From: Utricularia gibba
Taxonomy: Eukaryota; Plantae; Magnoliophyta
Direction: 5' to 3'
DNA length: 64,000 bases
Assembly: GCA_002189035.1 (NCBI GenBank)
Contig: NEEC01000002.1
Span: 4,278,001-4,342,000, forward strand
The stretch's first letter is position 1. Each line of letters opens with the position of its first letter. Both the position numbers and the translations under genes were made by a program. The notes below the pieces were generated by a model. That model was not told the DNA's origin and searched no databases. It saw only the letters and a list, made by a program, of their open reading frames with translations. Shown here one piece after another: positions 52,253-64,000 of the stretch.

Positions 52253-52849
52253 ACCAACTGAGATTGCAGAGCCAATTTACTCAATTGCTGCTGTTAGAGG
52301 CGCCGGGGAGACGCTTAGGAGCATCTTGAACATCTTCCGGCGAGTCAAATGACTGGAGCTTGTCCAGCAGAAGACGGAATTATAAACTGTATATCAACTT
52401 TATGTGGTTAATATTTGTACTATTTATCTTGTAGTTACATTTGATTTTCTTTGACATTTACTTAGCAAATGACACCTAAAAAAGTCTTATCTTCTTACTA
52501 GACCATTCTTATTGTCCTGGCATTTCCATAGAAAAGAAAGCCATTGATGTAGTCTCTGTGGGAAAAATTTCACCATTAACTGTGTTTTGATAAACTCATT
52601 CCCAATTTTAACTATTTTTAACTTTTAGTGAAAATAATATTTTTTTCTAATTCATTTTTAACCCCTAATTTATTAATATCTTTCACAATAACGTATATTT
52701 TTATATTTTTACCAAAAATTCTCACATTCATTGTTTTATTATTTTATCTCATCCACTTTTTTTTTTTTAATTTTGTTCTTTCTAATCCTACCCAATCATG
52801 TTTTTTTCATTTTGTTTGAAAAGTTGAGATGTAAGGTGTACCCATTGAA

Positions 52850-55800
52850 GGTGATGATGTCTATCCAAATGAACAAACAAATCATGGTATGTTTATGAAA
52901 TTTATTTTATTTTAATATATAATATATTTTGATGATTTCTATACTTTAATATAATTATGTTTATGTAGAGATTGAGGATTTATCTATTGATGCCAATGGT
53001 ACTGATAAGTGATTTTGTGTCACTTATATTTGTGTTTTTTAGGACTCATTTAGATGAGTTTTACATTCTTTTTATCCCACTTTCCTTATATTTTTTGAAG
53101 AATTTTATATCTTTCATACAACTTTGATCTTTTTGAAGGGAAAGTGTGTTTTGTGATTTTTCAGCACGAATTTGGAATAATTTGGAGGATTTTCGAGTTG
53201 ACCTTGATGGAGTCAAAGATTCAGTATATTCAAACGAAGACTCGGTCAAAGATTCTCAGATAAGATAAGATTCGCATCTTATCTTAGAAAATTTGGATCT
53301 TATCCTAGAAGATTTGCATCAAATCTTAAAAGATCCGGATAGAATATTTGATGTGAGCCCATCAACAAAGTCCGACAAGTCCCCACCATTATATAAAGAT
53401 CCAAACGTAAAGATCAAAAGAGTGAGTCAGGGGTGGACGGCCAGAGAGTCAATTTAGGGTTTAGAGTCGAGTCTAGCATGTTTTGGATGTCTTCATTTTC
53501 GTTTTTCATCAACTTTTTTTGTTTAGAGTCGAGCATGCGCATGTGAGCGCTTGCGGCTGAGAATCTACTATGAAGCCTTGCTTGCACAAGTCCTACGCTT
53601 GTGACTGTCTTACTATGTTTTTCAGCATTTAATTTGAGGTTTGATTCTATTTTTCGCAACGTTTTCTTTATCAATGTGATCTTTAGTATCATATAACCCT
53701 AAGGAAGTGTGGGAGAATCAAAGGTTGGCCTCAAGCACCTAAGGAGAAGGGCTCAATTGGACATCGTTGGTAAGTCACATTCTGTCTAATCTGTCTGCGA
53801 GGTGTGAGGTGTAGGAGTTAGATTTGGGTGTGGGGAAAACATGGGTTATCACAAGAGGTGAAATGGCTCTGGTGGCGTGGTTGATTCCATAATTCCACAA
53901 AACAAGGGACGGTGCTATAACGGTCATCGAGTAACACTATTTTAGCATAACACCCCCAAAGCTTGTGCAAGCAAGTCAGTCTTCAAGGTTTGCACACACG
54001 CAAGAGCGAGTTTCAAATAAGGTGGATCTTGGGTCCAATGCCACTTTTCTTATTGTCTTCAAAACCAAATCTTTCTTTTGTTTTCAGTCTTTTTAAGTCT
54101 TTGTTTTGAAAAGAAAATTCTAATAACAATTCCCTGTGAATACGATCTTATTTTATTACTTCGACGGTTTCTGTGTACTTGCAGAATCACTATCAGGTAC
54201 AATGTTTAATCAATATATAAGTGATAATGATCTCGATTTAGAATATGATATTCACATAAGTGAATGTGAGGGGTTAGATTCACTTAGTGAGGATGACATT
54301 TTATGGGATAGTGACGAAGCCTCTGATTGTGATAATGAAATTGGATATGAAGCAAATATACTTATAGACCCACCACCTACCATTGATTCTTTTGTGAAAT
54401 TAACTAGATGGAATTATTTTGATGGTCATGTTGGTGAACCCCACAAAGGAGCATATTTCAAGAATAAGGAACAAATAAAAGAAGCTTTATCTTTTTATAC
54501 AATCTATATTTTGAGGCGTCCCTTTCTTGTCTACAAGAGTAGTAATTTGGAATATGAAGTTCATTTTTGTCAAAGAAATACTGATGTGAAATGCATGTGG
54601 AGAGTAAGGGTGATACATAACAAAGTCACATAATTTTAGACAGTGAGCATGTATGAAGGCCTTCACACTTGTTTTACTAGTAATTCATGATCCACAAATC
54701 ATCAAAACTCGAGATCACACTTCATTTCAGAAGTTATCATGGACTAAATCAGAAAGGATCCCGATACTCCAATGGCTGACATGATGTCAACAATTGATTG
54801 TCAATTTCACTTTGAAGTTACATATAAGAAAGCTTGGCTTGCTATGAGATATGCTATAAAGAAGTTATATGGTATATGGGAAACATAAGTTCCCCAATTA
54901 CCATTATATCTAGTAGAGATCAAGAAAGCAAATCCAGGTAAAACATTTTTATGCAAAACATGTTAATTTTATTAAAAAAAATTTACATAGATGATTTGAT
55001 ACCTTTTGTTTTTAACTTATAGGTACTATTGTGAAGTATCAACATTATGATTGTGATGATGGTAAGCACATGTTGCATTATATATTTTTCACATTTGGAC
55101 CTTGTAGATCTGCTTTTGAACATTGTTGTCCTATTATTAATGTTGATGCCACGCATTTATATGCAAGATATTGATACAAGCTCCTTATCGCTTGCACAAA
55201 AGATGGTGATAATGTTATAATTCCATTGACATTTACTATTGTTGAGGAGGAGTCCCATGACTCTTGGCTTTGGTTTTTGGAACATGTAGTTTGATATGTT
55301 ATGATATGTACGTGTAAAACTTGTCTTATATCATATCTACATAATGGTTTGCGTTCACCCAGTTAAATGTATTCCAACATTTAATGAACCAGAGGGTGCT
55401 CATCGCTATTGTTTACAACATTTGTGTTCGAACTTATGAAGTAAATATAGATCAAACTCCCTACATTACTTGTTTTGGGCAGCAGCATTAGCATCATGGA
55501 AATCAAAATTCAAGGCCTTCATGAGTGACATTAAAGATCAAGATGAGGAAGCATATGAGTATCTTGCTAGAATACCTCCAAAGAAGTGGACTTTTGTATA
55601 TGATAAATATTACAGGTGAAAAATGTGTACATGTTTGAATTTAAATTTATGAGATTGGTTTTTAACATCTACTTTTTTTATTTCTTTAGATGTGATGTAC
55701 AAAGCACAACTATGTTAGAGTCTACAAATAATGTGTTGCGTGGAGCACGACAGCTTCCTATCAAGGCTCTAGTTGAGACTATTTTTGAGCGATGCGTTTT

Positions 55801-56390
55801 GATTTTTATCCGAAACAGAAAGAAAGTGAATTCATTAACCAAGAAGGGTCATAATCTTTCTACTTACAGCATTGAGACCTATCGAAAATGGAATGAAAAT
55901 TCAACTACTCATATGGTAAAGGAATATAATGAAGAAGATCATATAGCAGTTGTGGTACCAAGAAGCAAATGCAAACCAGATACTACAACTTATATAGTCT
56001 CTTTGAAAAGGTAGGCATGCACTTGTGGAAAATGGATGCAATCTTTCATTCCATATTTACATGCTATTCAGGTTAAATTCTTACTTCCAGTATAATATCT
56101 TTAGAATAATTTAATCAGCCATTTATTATGTTTTCTTAGGTTTTTAAAAAATATGGTGAAGATGCAATGGAGCATATTTCTCATTACTACCAAACAAGGA
56201 CACTTGCAATGTTATACTCAAATCAATTCAATCCCCCTACACCCAAGGACAAATGGGGACCTGCAGGTTTTTACCTTTTTCATAATCTTGCACATTTTGT
56301 CAAGTAAAAAAAAAGAGAGGTCGTGATCGGATAACACCGTATGCAAGTTGCATGGATAGAAAACATCGAAAGAAAATAATCAAGATAAAG
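52850..56390 (+). pseudogene. MuDR-type transposase, disrupted
   Basis: FKNKEQIKEAL..CMWRVR, VDATHLY..LLIA..DG....P..F..VEEES..SWLWFLEH, HRYCLQHL and SWIM-like CTCGKW. Stops plus a solo-LTR insertion; boundaries approximate. Confidence 0.85.
53003..54195 (+). mobile_element. Solo LTR, Gypsy family C, inside the MULE transposase
   Basis: TGATAAGT...CACTATCA; TSD GGTAC (52998-53002, 54196-54200). Confidence 0.92.
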
Positions 56391-58469
56391 ACTCTCATGT
56401 GGTGGATTTTTCTAATTGAGACTTGCTATTATACATGATGATTTAATATTTTTAGTTGAAAATTGATTTTGAAGTTTTCTATTATATTGAAGGGTTTAGT
56501 TTGTGGATTTATTATTGACTATTAGAAGTTCTAATAATTTATTTACTCTAATATCTATTGCATTTTAAATTGTTTGATTTTGATAACATAATGTTTTGTA
56601 TATTCTATTATAAATATGGTTACATGAGTTTTAATATTATTAAATAAATTGTAAAATTTGAAATTCTATTTATTATCTTATTTTCCAAAAAATAATTTAC
56701 AAATTATTCTTCACATAAGCACTATTACAATATTATTATTTGTAAGTAATTATGTAATTATGAATAATTATTAGTTGCATGTATGAATTATATTTTATAA
56801 TATAATATTAAAATATAATATTATCAATTTGACAAAAGAAAGAGTGAAAATCCAAAAAAGACGGGCGTGGTTAGATAAGGTAAGAACAAAATAAAATAAA
56901 AAAAATGGGTGAGATAAAATAATAAAACAATGAATATGGGAAGTTTTGGTAAAAAATGTAAAAATGTGAGTTATTGTAAGAGATATTAATAGATTAGGGT
57001 TAAAAAGGAATTAATAAAAAATATTATTCTCACAAAAGTACAAAAATAATTAAAATTGGAAATGAGTTTATCAAAACACAGTTAATTGTGCGATTTTTCC
57101 AATCTTTATGAGTTATGAGAGAGATTGGACCCTCAATTTTAATATCTGGGGATGAGGCTCCCCTCTTCTTATCCATCAATTCGTTCCTTATTAAGCATGA
57201 GAGCTCATTGCTGGGCATTTCATTCTGGGGTTCTGCTCTCAAGTCTCAAGTCATCTTTCACGACAATATGTACTCACTCGAGTCTTCTTGATATCTTATT
57301 GGGCATTGCTTTTGCTTGCTCCGGGTCGGGTACATCCCGCTCCATATTTCTTCATGCCATTGGAGCCACTCCTTTTTCTCAGATGATTTTGGGTTGCTAA
57401 CTGCGATTTCGGACCATGCTAACGTTATGACATATTGAATGAAATATTGATTTTGTTCAAATTCATAGTTTAAAAAGCCAGTCCCCCATTTAGTTCCCGG
57501 ATTTTCTCAACTACCTCTTACAAAATCTATCCCATCTACTCAACTCTTCTCTTTACTTTTTTAAATCGTTTTCTGAAGCAATCTTATCCTGCTGTGCCTT
57601 CCATCGATCAGATGATTTTCGGTTTCTTCTCCAACTCGGAGTCGGGAAATTCCATTTTCCGGTGGCAGCAGGTGGTCTACGCAGCCAAGTGGACGTTGAT
57701 TCTCGGGTGATGGTTACGGTGGCTGTTTTCATCCCAGAGTTGGCCTTCATGTACACCATGGGCCCTGCCTGTATCTGCACTGCTGACCAAAACACTGCGC
57801 TTCCTTTGGACGTTCCCATGGAGAGCTTCTGCTTCCCCAATCGATTTTTTAACAAGTCGAGAATGGATTTCATCATGCCGCCTATTTACACATCGGTCGT
57901 CTTCATTGGTTCAGTTTTCATGATTATTGGTATGGGATTTTGGGGTTTTGATGATGACGGCGAGGGGGTTTGATAACCAATCCAAAACCCCACCATGCAC
58001 GCGCTTCAAGTGCACGCTGGAGCAACGATGGACTGCTGCTACACCTTTCCGCTAATAAAAGAATCCTTTTTGCAATTGGTGTTGTATTTTTGTTGGACAG
58101 AGAAAGTATTCTTGTGAAGAAGCGGCACCTCTGTTTACATAACTAGCGTATTGAAGCAAATCTAAATCTTACAGAAACGCTTGTATCGACATTCAGTAAT
58201 AAATGAACATCAGATTCAACATTAAAAAAACCTCCGAAATGTTACAACCATTTCATCATCACTTTACAGTCAAAATTTGATTGGCAATTGGAAACAAACA
58301 AGAAGAAATAGGCCTTTGAAATGATTTTCGTTGCATTAGACTGCTTATGTCGATTATCCTTGTTTCACAACAGCAACAAGCTTGAAAGCGTTCTGCTGTC
58401 TTGTTCTCTTCTGTTTTCGTTGGTCCTCTACTTCTTGAGATGATACACTCCTTTTACAGAGGCTCATTT

Positions 58470-59410
58470 TTTAGTTGCACATAACTTCGCACGAGCCAAA
58501 TACAACCTCATGTGTAGCAGATTGTGCTTTTCTACTATGACCAGAAAAAGAATAGCCTCCATCTTCTAACTTCTCCCTCCCTAATGGATCAAGTTCTTTA
58601 GTGTCTCCACTCATGGTGTGGACGTGGGTTGCCACTTCCATCAGGTATCTGTGGAACCATAACCACGTGTTTCCATGTACAGGCTGGAAGGTGCACGTGC
58701 TGGACCTAAGGGAAATGAGGGGTTTGATGATTATCCCATAATCAGCAGTTGCAGCAGGCATGATCATGAAGACGTGAGTGGAGTTCACGGAGGGAATGGT
58801 GTGAGAATTCTATCTATTACTGGGTGCTGCAGGTTGAGTGCTGCTGTCTGTCAAACAAAGCATCTTCATCATGGCTGTAAGGAAGAGTATAGTGGTTGCT
58901 GTGTGTATTGCCTTTCCGATTACTTTAACATAGTGAAATTCTCACGATTGGGAGTTGCTCTCAACATCAGGAGGTTTCCCCATTATTGGCATTTCACCTG
59001 GATAAATCATTGTCTCGTTTCACTATTCATACTACGCATACAAGCATTACTTGAGGTGGTTTGGACTATATTTCCTTGCTCCGCCTACAGTATCCCTGTC
59101 TCAGAACCAGCTTGCTTCATTATGCAACTTTTAATATGACCTTTTTCCATATGGGATGCATTGTGGAAGACCATAAATTGTGCACAACTGGATCCCTTGT
59201 TGTGCCAAGTGGCAGACAGACCTCCAGCACAATACAACAGCCACTGCACCAAATGTCATCCTACAGGAGTTAACTCAGAAAAGGGTCACTCAATCATACA
59301 CTTTCCTGCCAAACAACAAAGGGTCTTCAATAGCCATTGTTATTGAGCTTAAAGGGATCTCGATGCCAAGTATCTTTGCTATGCCTGCACAGCCTCCCAG
59401 GACCTCATGA
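58470..59410 (-). pseudogene. Possible degenerate PPR gene
   Basis: A mostly single frame with many stops has PPR-like fragments (RKVYD, GEMPIMGKPPDV, IGKAIH, HVFMIMP, DPLGREKLEDGGYSF). Weak, by-eye only. Confidence 0.35.
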
Positions 59411-61328
59411 GAATTTGAGCGGCAAAAATGGTTATTTATGTAGGAGATAGAAAAAGTGCTATACTTCACATTCAGTTGTTGAGAATGTTAACTTGTGATT
59501 CACAAAAACAAGAGTGTTGCTTTCTCAAGTGAAACTCTTGCCTATTAAGCAAGATACACACCACACAAGAGCAAATGACCTCATTCTTTCCTTCATGAAA
59601 GATATCATTCGTCTTATGTATAACTGAAATACATGCATTCGTCACATATTGGATGGGGGTTAGGGGTTAACCCCCTATAAATACCCTTGTTCTTGCACAT
59701 TCAATAATTGCAATTTGCGAGAGATATAGGGGGTTCCAATTTTAAGTGATAGTTAATAGGTTAGTTTTTTATTTTTTTCTATTTAGAATTAGTTGTTTAT
59801 TTATTAATTTTTCTACAAAGTTTGTATGTGAATAATTGAGATTGTGTATTAATGTTTATTTTTTTAAAATATCCGTTAATTATATATTATATTTTTGTTG
59901 ATTTATTTTATATAATTATTATTATTTATTAATTATTAAACATGTTGTTTGGAATGAATTTTATACCTTTTTTTATTTGTAGTATGTTTATGTAATTTAC
60001 CTATGTTTTTTAATTTAATTAATAATTATAAGTTTTTATAATAATTTTAAGTTGTTATATTTTATTTCTCTTTCAATATGTTTTTAATATTTTAGAACTT
60101 TCAAGTTGTTAAGTGGATGTCTAAAAGTTTGTTATAATTTTTTGCTCAGATTAAGGAGCAGAAAAGCTTGTCGAATCTTGTAAAGGATACCAACTCCTTT
60201 CTACCTCAAGTGTTCTTGGTAAAGTTACACTCATTAACACATGTATTTATTGTGTTATGCTCATCTTTGTATGCCTAATTTTTGAAAAATGTATATGTAA
60301 TTTATTCATATTGGCATAGTTTATATTAAAATTTGATTTTTAAGTTTTGATTTAAAAGTAGATTAACAAATTAAGATGAGCATAGTAAATATTAATCTTG
60401 AGTAGAACCAATAGAACCGAGTAAACTTAATTTTACATATTTTGGATGTGGGAAACATAAGTGTGAAATAAATGATTATATTAGAGATGGATTTAGTCAA
60501 AAACATAAGAAACAACTTGGATAGATTTTGATTGTTTAGAGTATGTATCTAAACAAAATTGTAAATTAGTTTAGGAACTTGAACACTATATCATTTGAAC
60601 CATATTAAAATATCTTAGTATTATTTTGTGCTTAAAATCTATATTTGTTATTTTTTAAGTTGAGATTTAATTTTATTTATTGAACTTGCAAATTGTTATT
60701 AATTTGATTTTGAATTAAGAATAAAATTTATTTTGAATTCTACATCTTGAAAAGCACTTTATAAGTATCCGTTTTTTGTGATCGATTTCAAAATCCACTA
60801 TACAAGTTTTTTGAATTTGTATTTTATGAAGAATAGGATTTATAAAGTTATTTTGATACTGAATTTCAATTTTTAACAATGACACAAAATTTCCATTTAT
60901 CAATAGTATGTAGAACCGATTTTGCCGAATTTGACCTAGATGTGGTGGTTTAGTCAACATATTGCCTCAAAGATGCATGGAATATTCAAACTGCCCATTC
61001 TCATCGGGCATATCCTTCTCATTCGTGAGAATAAATTCCACCTGCTAAATAATTAAACTCCCAAACTAACGAATTAAAGGCCCAGGACTGAAGAGTTAGT
61101 GTCGCGAAAAGACAAAATATTTTATATCATCAGTGGTACCTTTCCTGATATACATACGATTTTTATTATTTTTCTAGTTTAGCATTTGCTCGTCTATTTA
61201 TTTCTAGTCATGCAGTAATTAATGTAATAAAAATCTCATAAAAAAAACATTGAAAAATACACAATCCGCCTAACAATGTACATAGAAGCGAACAGCTGCA
61301 CATGAATTTATTTAAGAAAAGCTGGTAA

Positions 61329-62533
61329 TCACACCACACGGTGTAGGGGTCCGATACCCAGTTCATCCTCGAGATCATCAACTTCCTCAAAGAGTTTGAG
61401 GAACTTCGCCTGCTCCTGTTGTCTCTTTCTTTTCTCCCAGTACTTACATGCAGCTACCACGCCAATGACAAACGTGCACGATGCTAAAACACTAACAACT
61501 ACAATCAGAACCAAGTGCGTCCTGCCACCATTTGACCTGCTTGGCTCAGATGAATGGTTTGAAGAGGCTGCAACAGGTCAGAACATCCATTAAACAGGCT
61601 ATTCCGTTGTCTCTAAAATACTTTACGGCCAATGAAAAAGTTTAGGCCTCACTATTTTTGTCTAAGACAATTAACTCAAATAGAACAAAACAAGGAATAC
61701 ATTCCAAACTCACGAGTCCCTAAAGAAATGCAGCCTGGGCACAAAAATGTGACGTTCAGCTCCTTTTCTTTGAAATGAACATATTTTCCATCGGGACTCT
61801 TGAAATCAGATGCGCAGACTTCCCATTCATCAAATAAGTCATCTGAAAGCAAGATATCCTTCTCATAAAACCCACAACGCTTACACTTGATGTCATGTAT
61901 TTCCGTTAGAGGCTGTAGACATCATAAGTTTACTTATAAATATCAGTAGACAAACTGCTTGAAACAGCCCCAGGGCTAAAACACAGTTGAATGCAACAGA
62001 ACAAAAGAAAAGCACCAAAGAGCATAAGAGGATGTTTATCAAAGCCATATATTTATTATAAAATTTCCGGGAAAATATAGTTTATACCCACATTAATTTC
62101 TCAAAACCAAATACTGAGTGAGAAATAGATGGGGTTCATAGTTTACCTGCCAGGACTCTTCACCTTTGAACACATAAAGAAGGTTTTTTTCCTCTACATC
62201 TGGTAGAACTGTTCCATTCTCCCCTTTGCACTGGAAGTAAACCGTCGGTTTAGATGGCAGCCACTCATGAGTTCTGAATATCACAATGGAATCGAGAGAA
62301 ACGACCGCACTTGATAAAAATTCTAGAGAAGAACGAAATAGAAACAGATAAGCAATAGGAAACTCTACCAGGCTACACATAAACTGCAAGCATCCGCATC
62401 TCAAAGTAATCCCCATAAATTCAACTTCCGGCGTATATTAGTTGCCGAACTCACCAGGAAATAGCGTAAAAACGATCAAGTATAACAGCAGCAGCTCGTT
62501 AGGAACCCTAGGCTCCCTACCTCGGATCATCAT
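61329..62533 (-). CDS. Conserved uncharacterised plant single-pass membrane protein, 4 exons, 230 aa
   Basis: Exons 62533-62455, 62322-62147, 61912-61714 and 61567-61329 join in phase (693 nt). Hydrophobic N-terminus, THEWL..KPTVYFQCKGEN, KCKRCGFYEKD, a TM helix, then WEKRKRQQEQAKFLKLFEE..D.EDELG. Confidence 0.9.
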
Positions 62534-64000
62534 CGCACGGACGATTAGAATAATGAAATGAAATCAATCGTTTGGAGAGACCGAAAATTCTATCGTGGTC
62601 GCATCCAAGTTTCTCCCACTTTCTTCGAATCTTCGAGCTCGGAGCCTGATTCCAGATGGATCTATCGAGGTAATAACGAATAAGCTTCGCGCGTTTTGTC
62701 AACAGAATCGCCGAGTGCAAAACATTTAGATTCTGGCGGTTGGGGACTACTTTCCCGGATTAAATAGAAACTAATGGGCCTTCCAAACCGAGAGAAACTT
62801 GGTGGGCCAAATTTAGAATTTGAGCCTGAAATAATGTATCAAATTTAAAAGGAATTTCGTATTTTACTAATCGATATAATTTATTTGATTTTAAGATAAA
62901 AAAATATAAAAAAATATGGTTTTAATAATTTTTTGTATAAAGGTACCAAATTATTACTTAATTAAAAAAAACTCAAAGCAATTATTTCACATTTTTATGT
63001 TTTCTCACAACCTCACCTACACCCACAATCAGCATCTTCCTAGGGAACGCAATTTTGCTGTCGAAGCTTCTCTAGAGTTCATGGAAATTAGCAAATCTGG
63101 TAAGTCAACTTTCAAGATTAGTGAGCTTGGCATTGTCGGTTTCATTTATCATATGAGCACTAAACATATTCTTAAAACTATTAAAGAGATCTAGTAAGAT
63201 AAAATTGTAAAGTCAGTGCCTTATAAAGCATTTGTACGGTACCTGTCAGAGTCCCAAATATGTGTGTATACAAAAAAGAACAACAAATTTCTGAAAGGGG
63301 AGAGGAGGGATAGTCACTTGGGCATGGAGAGCGAGGCCAAATGTTGAAATTCATTTGGTAGTAAAGACTCATGTTGTTGTTGGTGAAAGCAAAAGGAGAA
63401 ATGCTGGAAGCATGTGAAAAAGGTGATTTTTTGAGAGAAAAATAGAGAGAAATGAGCAAGAATAAAAAAATAAATAACAAAGGTGCCACAGAAAGAAGGA
63501 ACATAGTAACTACGTTTCTCAATTATAATTTCTAGTAAGTAGTGTTAATGAGTTCAAAAGTCCATAAAATTCATTCCCGTGGTTATTTTGATACAGCTGA
63601 TGTTGTGTTTTATTTTAGTATATCTTTTTTTCTGTTTTAGTAATAATAGAATAGAAATATTTGAGTTTGTGTAGCAAAATATCTTAAAAGCATGTTGATA
63701 TCATAGTTTTTCTCAATAAAAATGCGAACTGACCCAATTTTTACTTGGTCTAAGGGCAAAGTGGGTTTATTGTTCATCAGACCCATCCACACCTAACCCA
63801 TTTGAGTTGTACCACGTAATTTAACCAATTTTTGAAAATATTTTTAATATATGTGCATAACACGAATTACAAGTATGCACAAGAAGTTGAATTAAGAAGA
63901 TATTTTCATTGGGGAAGGGAGTTGTATCCTTTACACCCATCCATTAAAGTAAAAAGCTACTTTCAATTCTTCTACCTAATGTTCGAGGTAGCCCAAGATT

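Larger units (their letters stand above)
52561..57100. mobile_element. Mutator-like element (MULE)
   Basis: ~230-bp TIRs starting GGAAAAAT..CAC.ATTAACTGTGTTTTGATAAACTCATT. Flanks AGTCTCTGTG/AATCTTTATG look like a 10-bp TSD with three transitions. Confidence 0.88.

Noticed and set aside
63181-63522. 113-aa minus-strand ORF with a hydrophobic N-terminus
   Set aside because: No family motif, and T-rich composition explains the hydrophobicity.

Overview
Plant nuclear DNA, rich in transposons. Four intact-looking host protein genes are present: DGAT1 (16 exons, -), a MAKR/BKI1-family gene (+), an ORRM2-like mitochondrial RRM gene (-) and a conserved uncharacterised membrane-protein gene (-). There is also one tRNA-Lys(TTT). 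The rest is nested, decayed transposons: a PIF/Harbinger with TIRs and a TAA TSD (444-8007), a deleted Copia (Angela-like), hAT remnants, a non-autonomous hAT with an 8-bp TSD (34493-37630), a MULE (52561-57100), and seven solo LTRs with matching or near-matching 5-bp TSDs. Main finding: the Harbinger carries a third, intron-containing gene that appears to fuse a Transposase_28-like (Gypsy extra-ORF) domain to an FCP1/NIF-like HAD phosphatase domain. A diverged, truncated copy with the same domain order and matching intron positions sits in the unrelated hAT element about 30 kb away. This suggests a cargo module shared across DNA-transposon superfamilies; its function is not known from sequence. 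All family assignments come from motif recognition by eye, not database searches.
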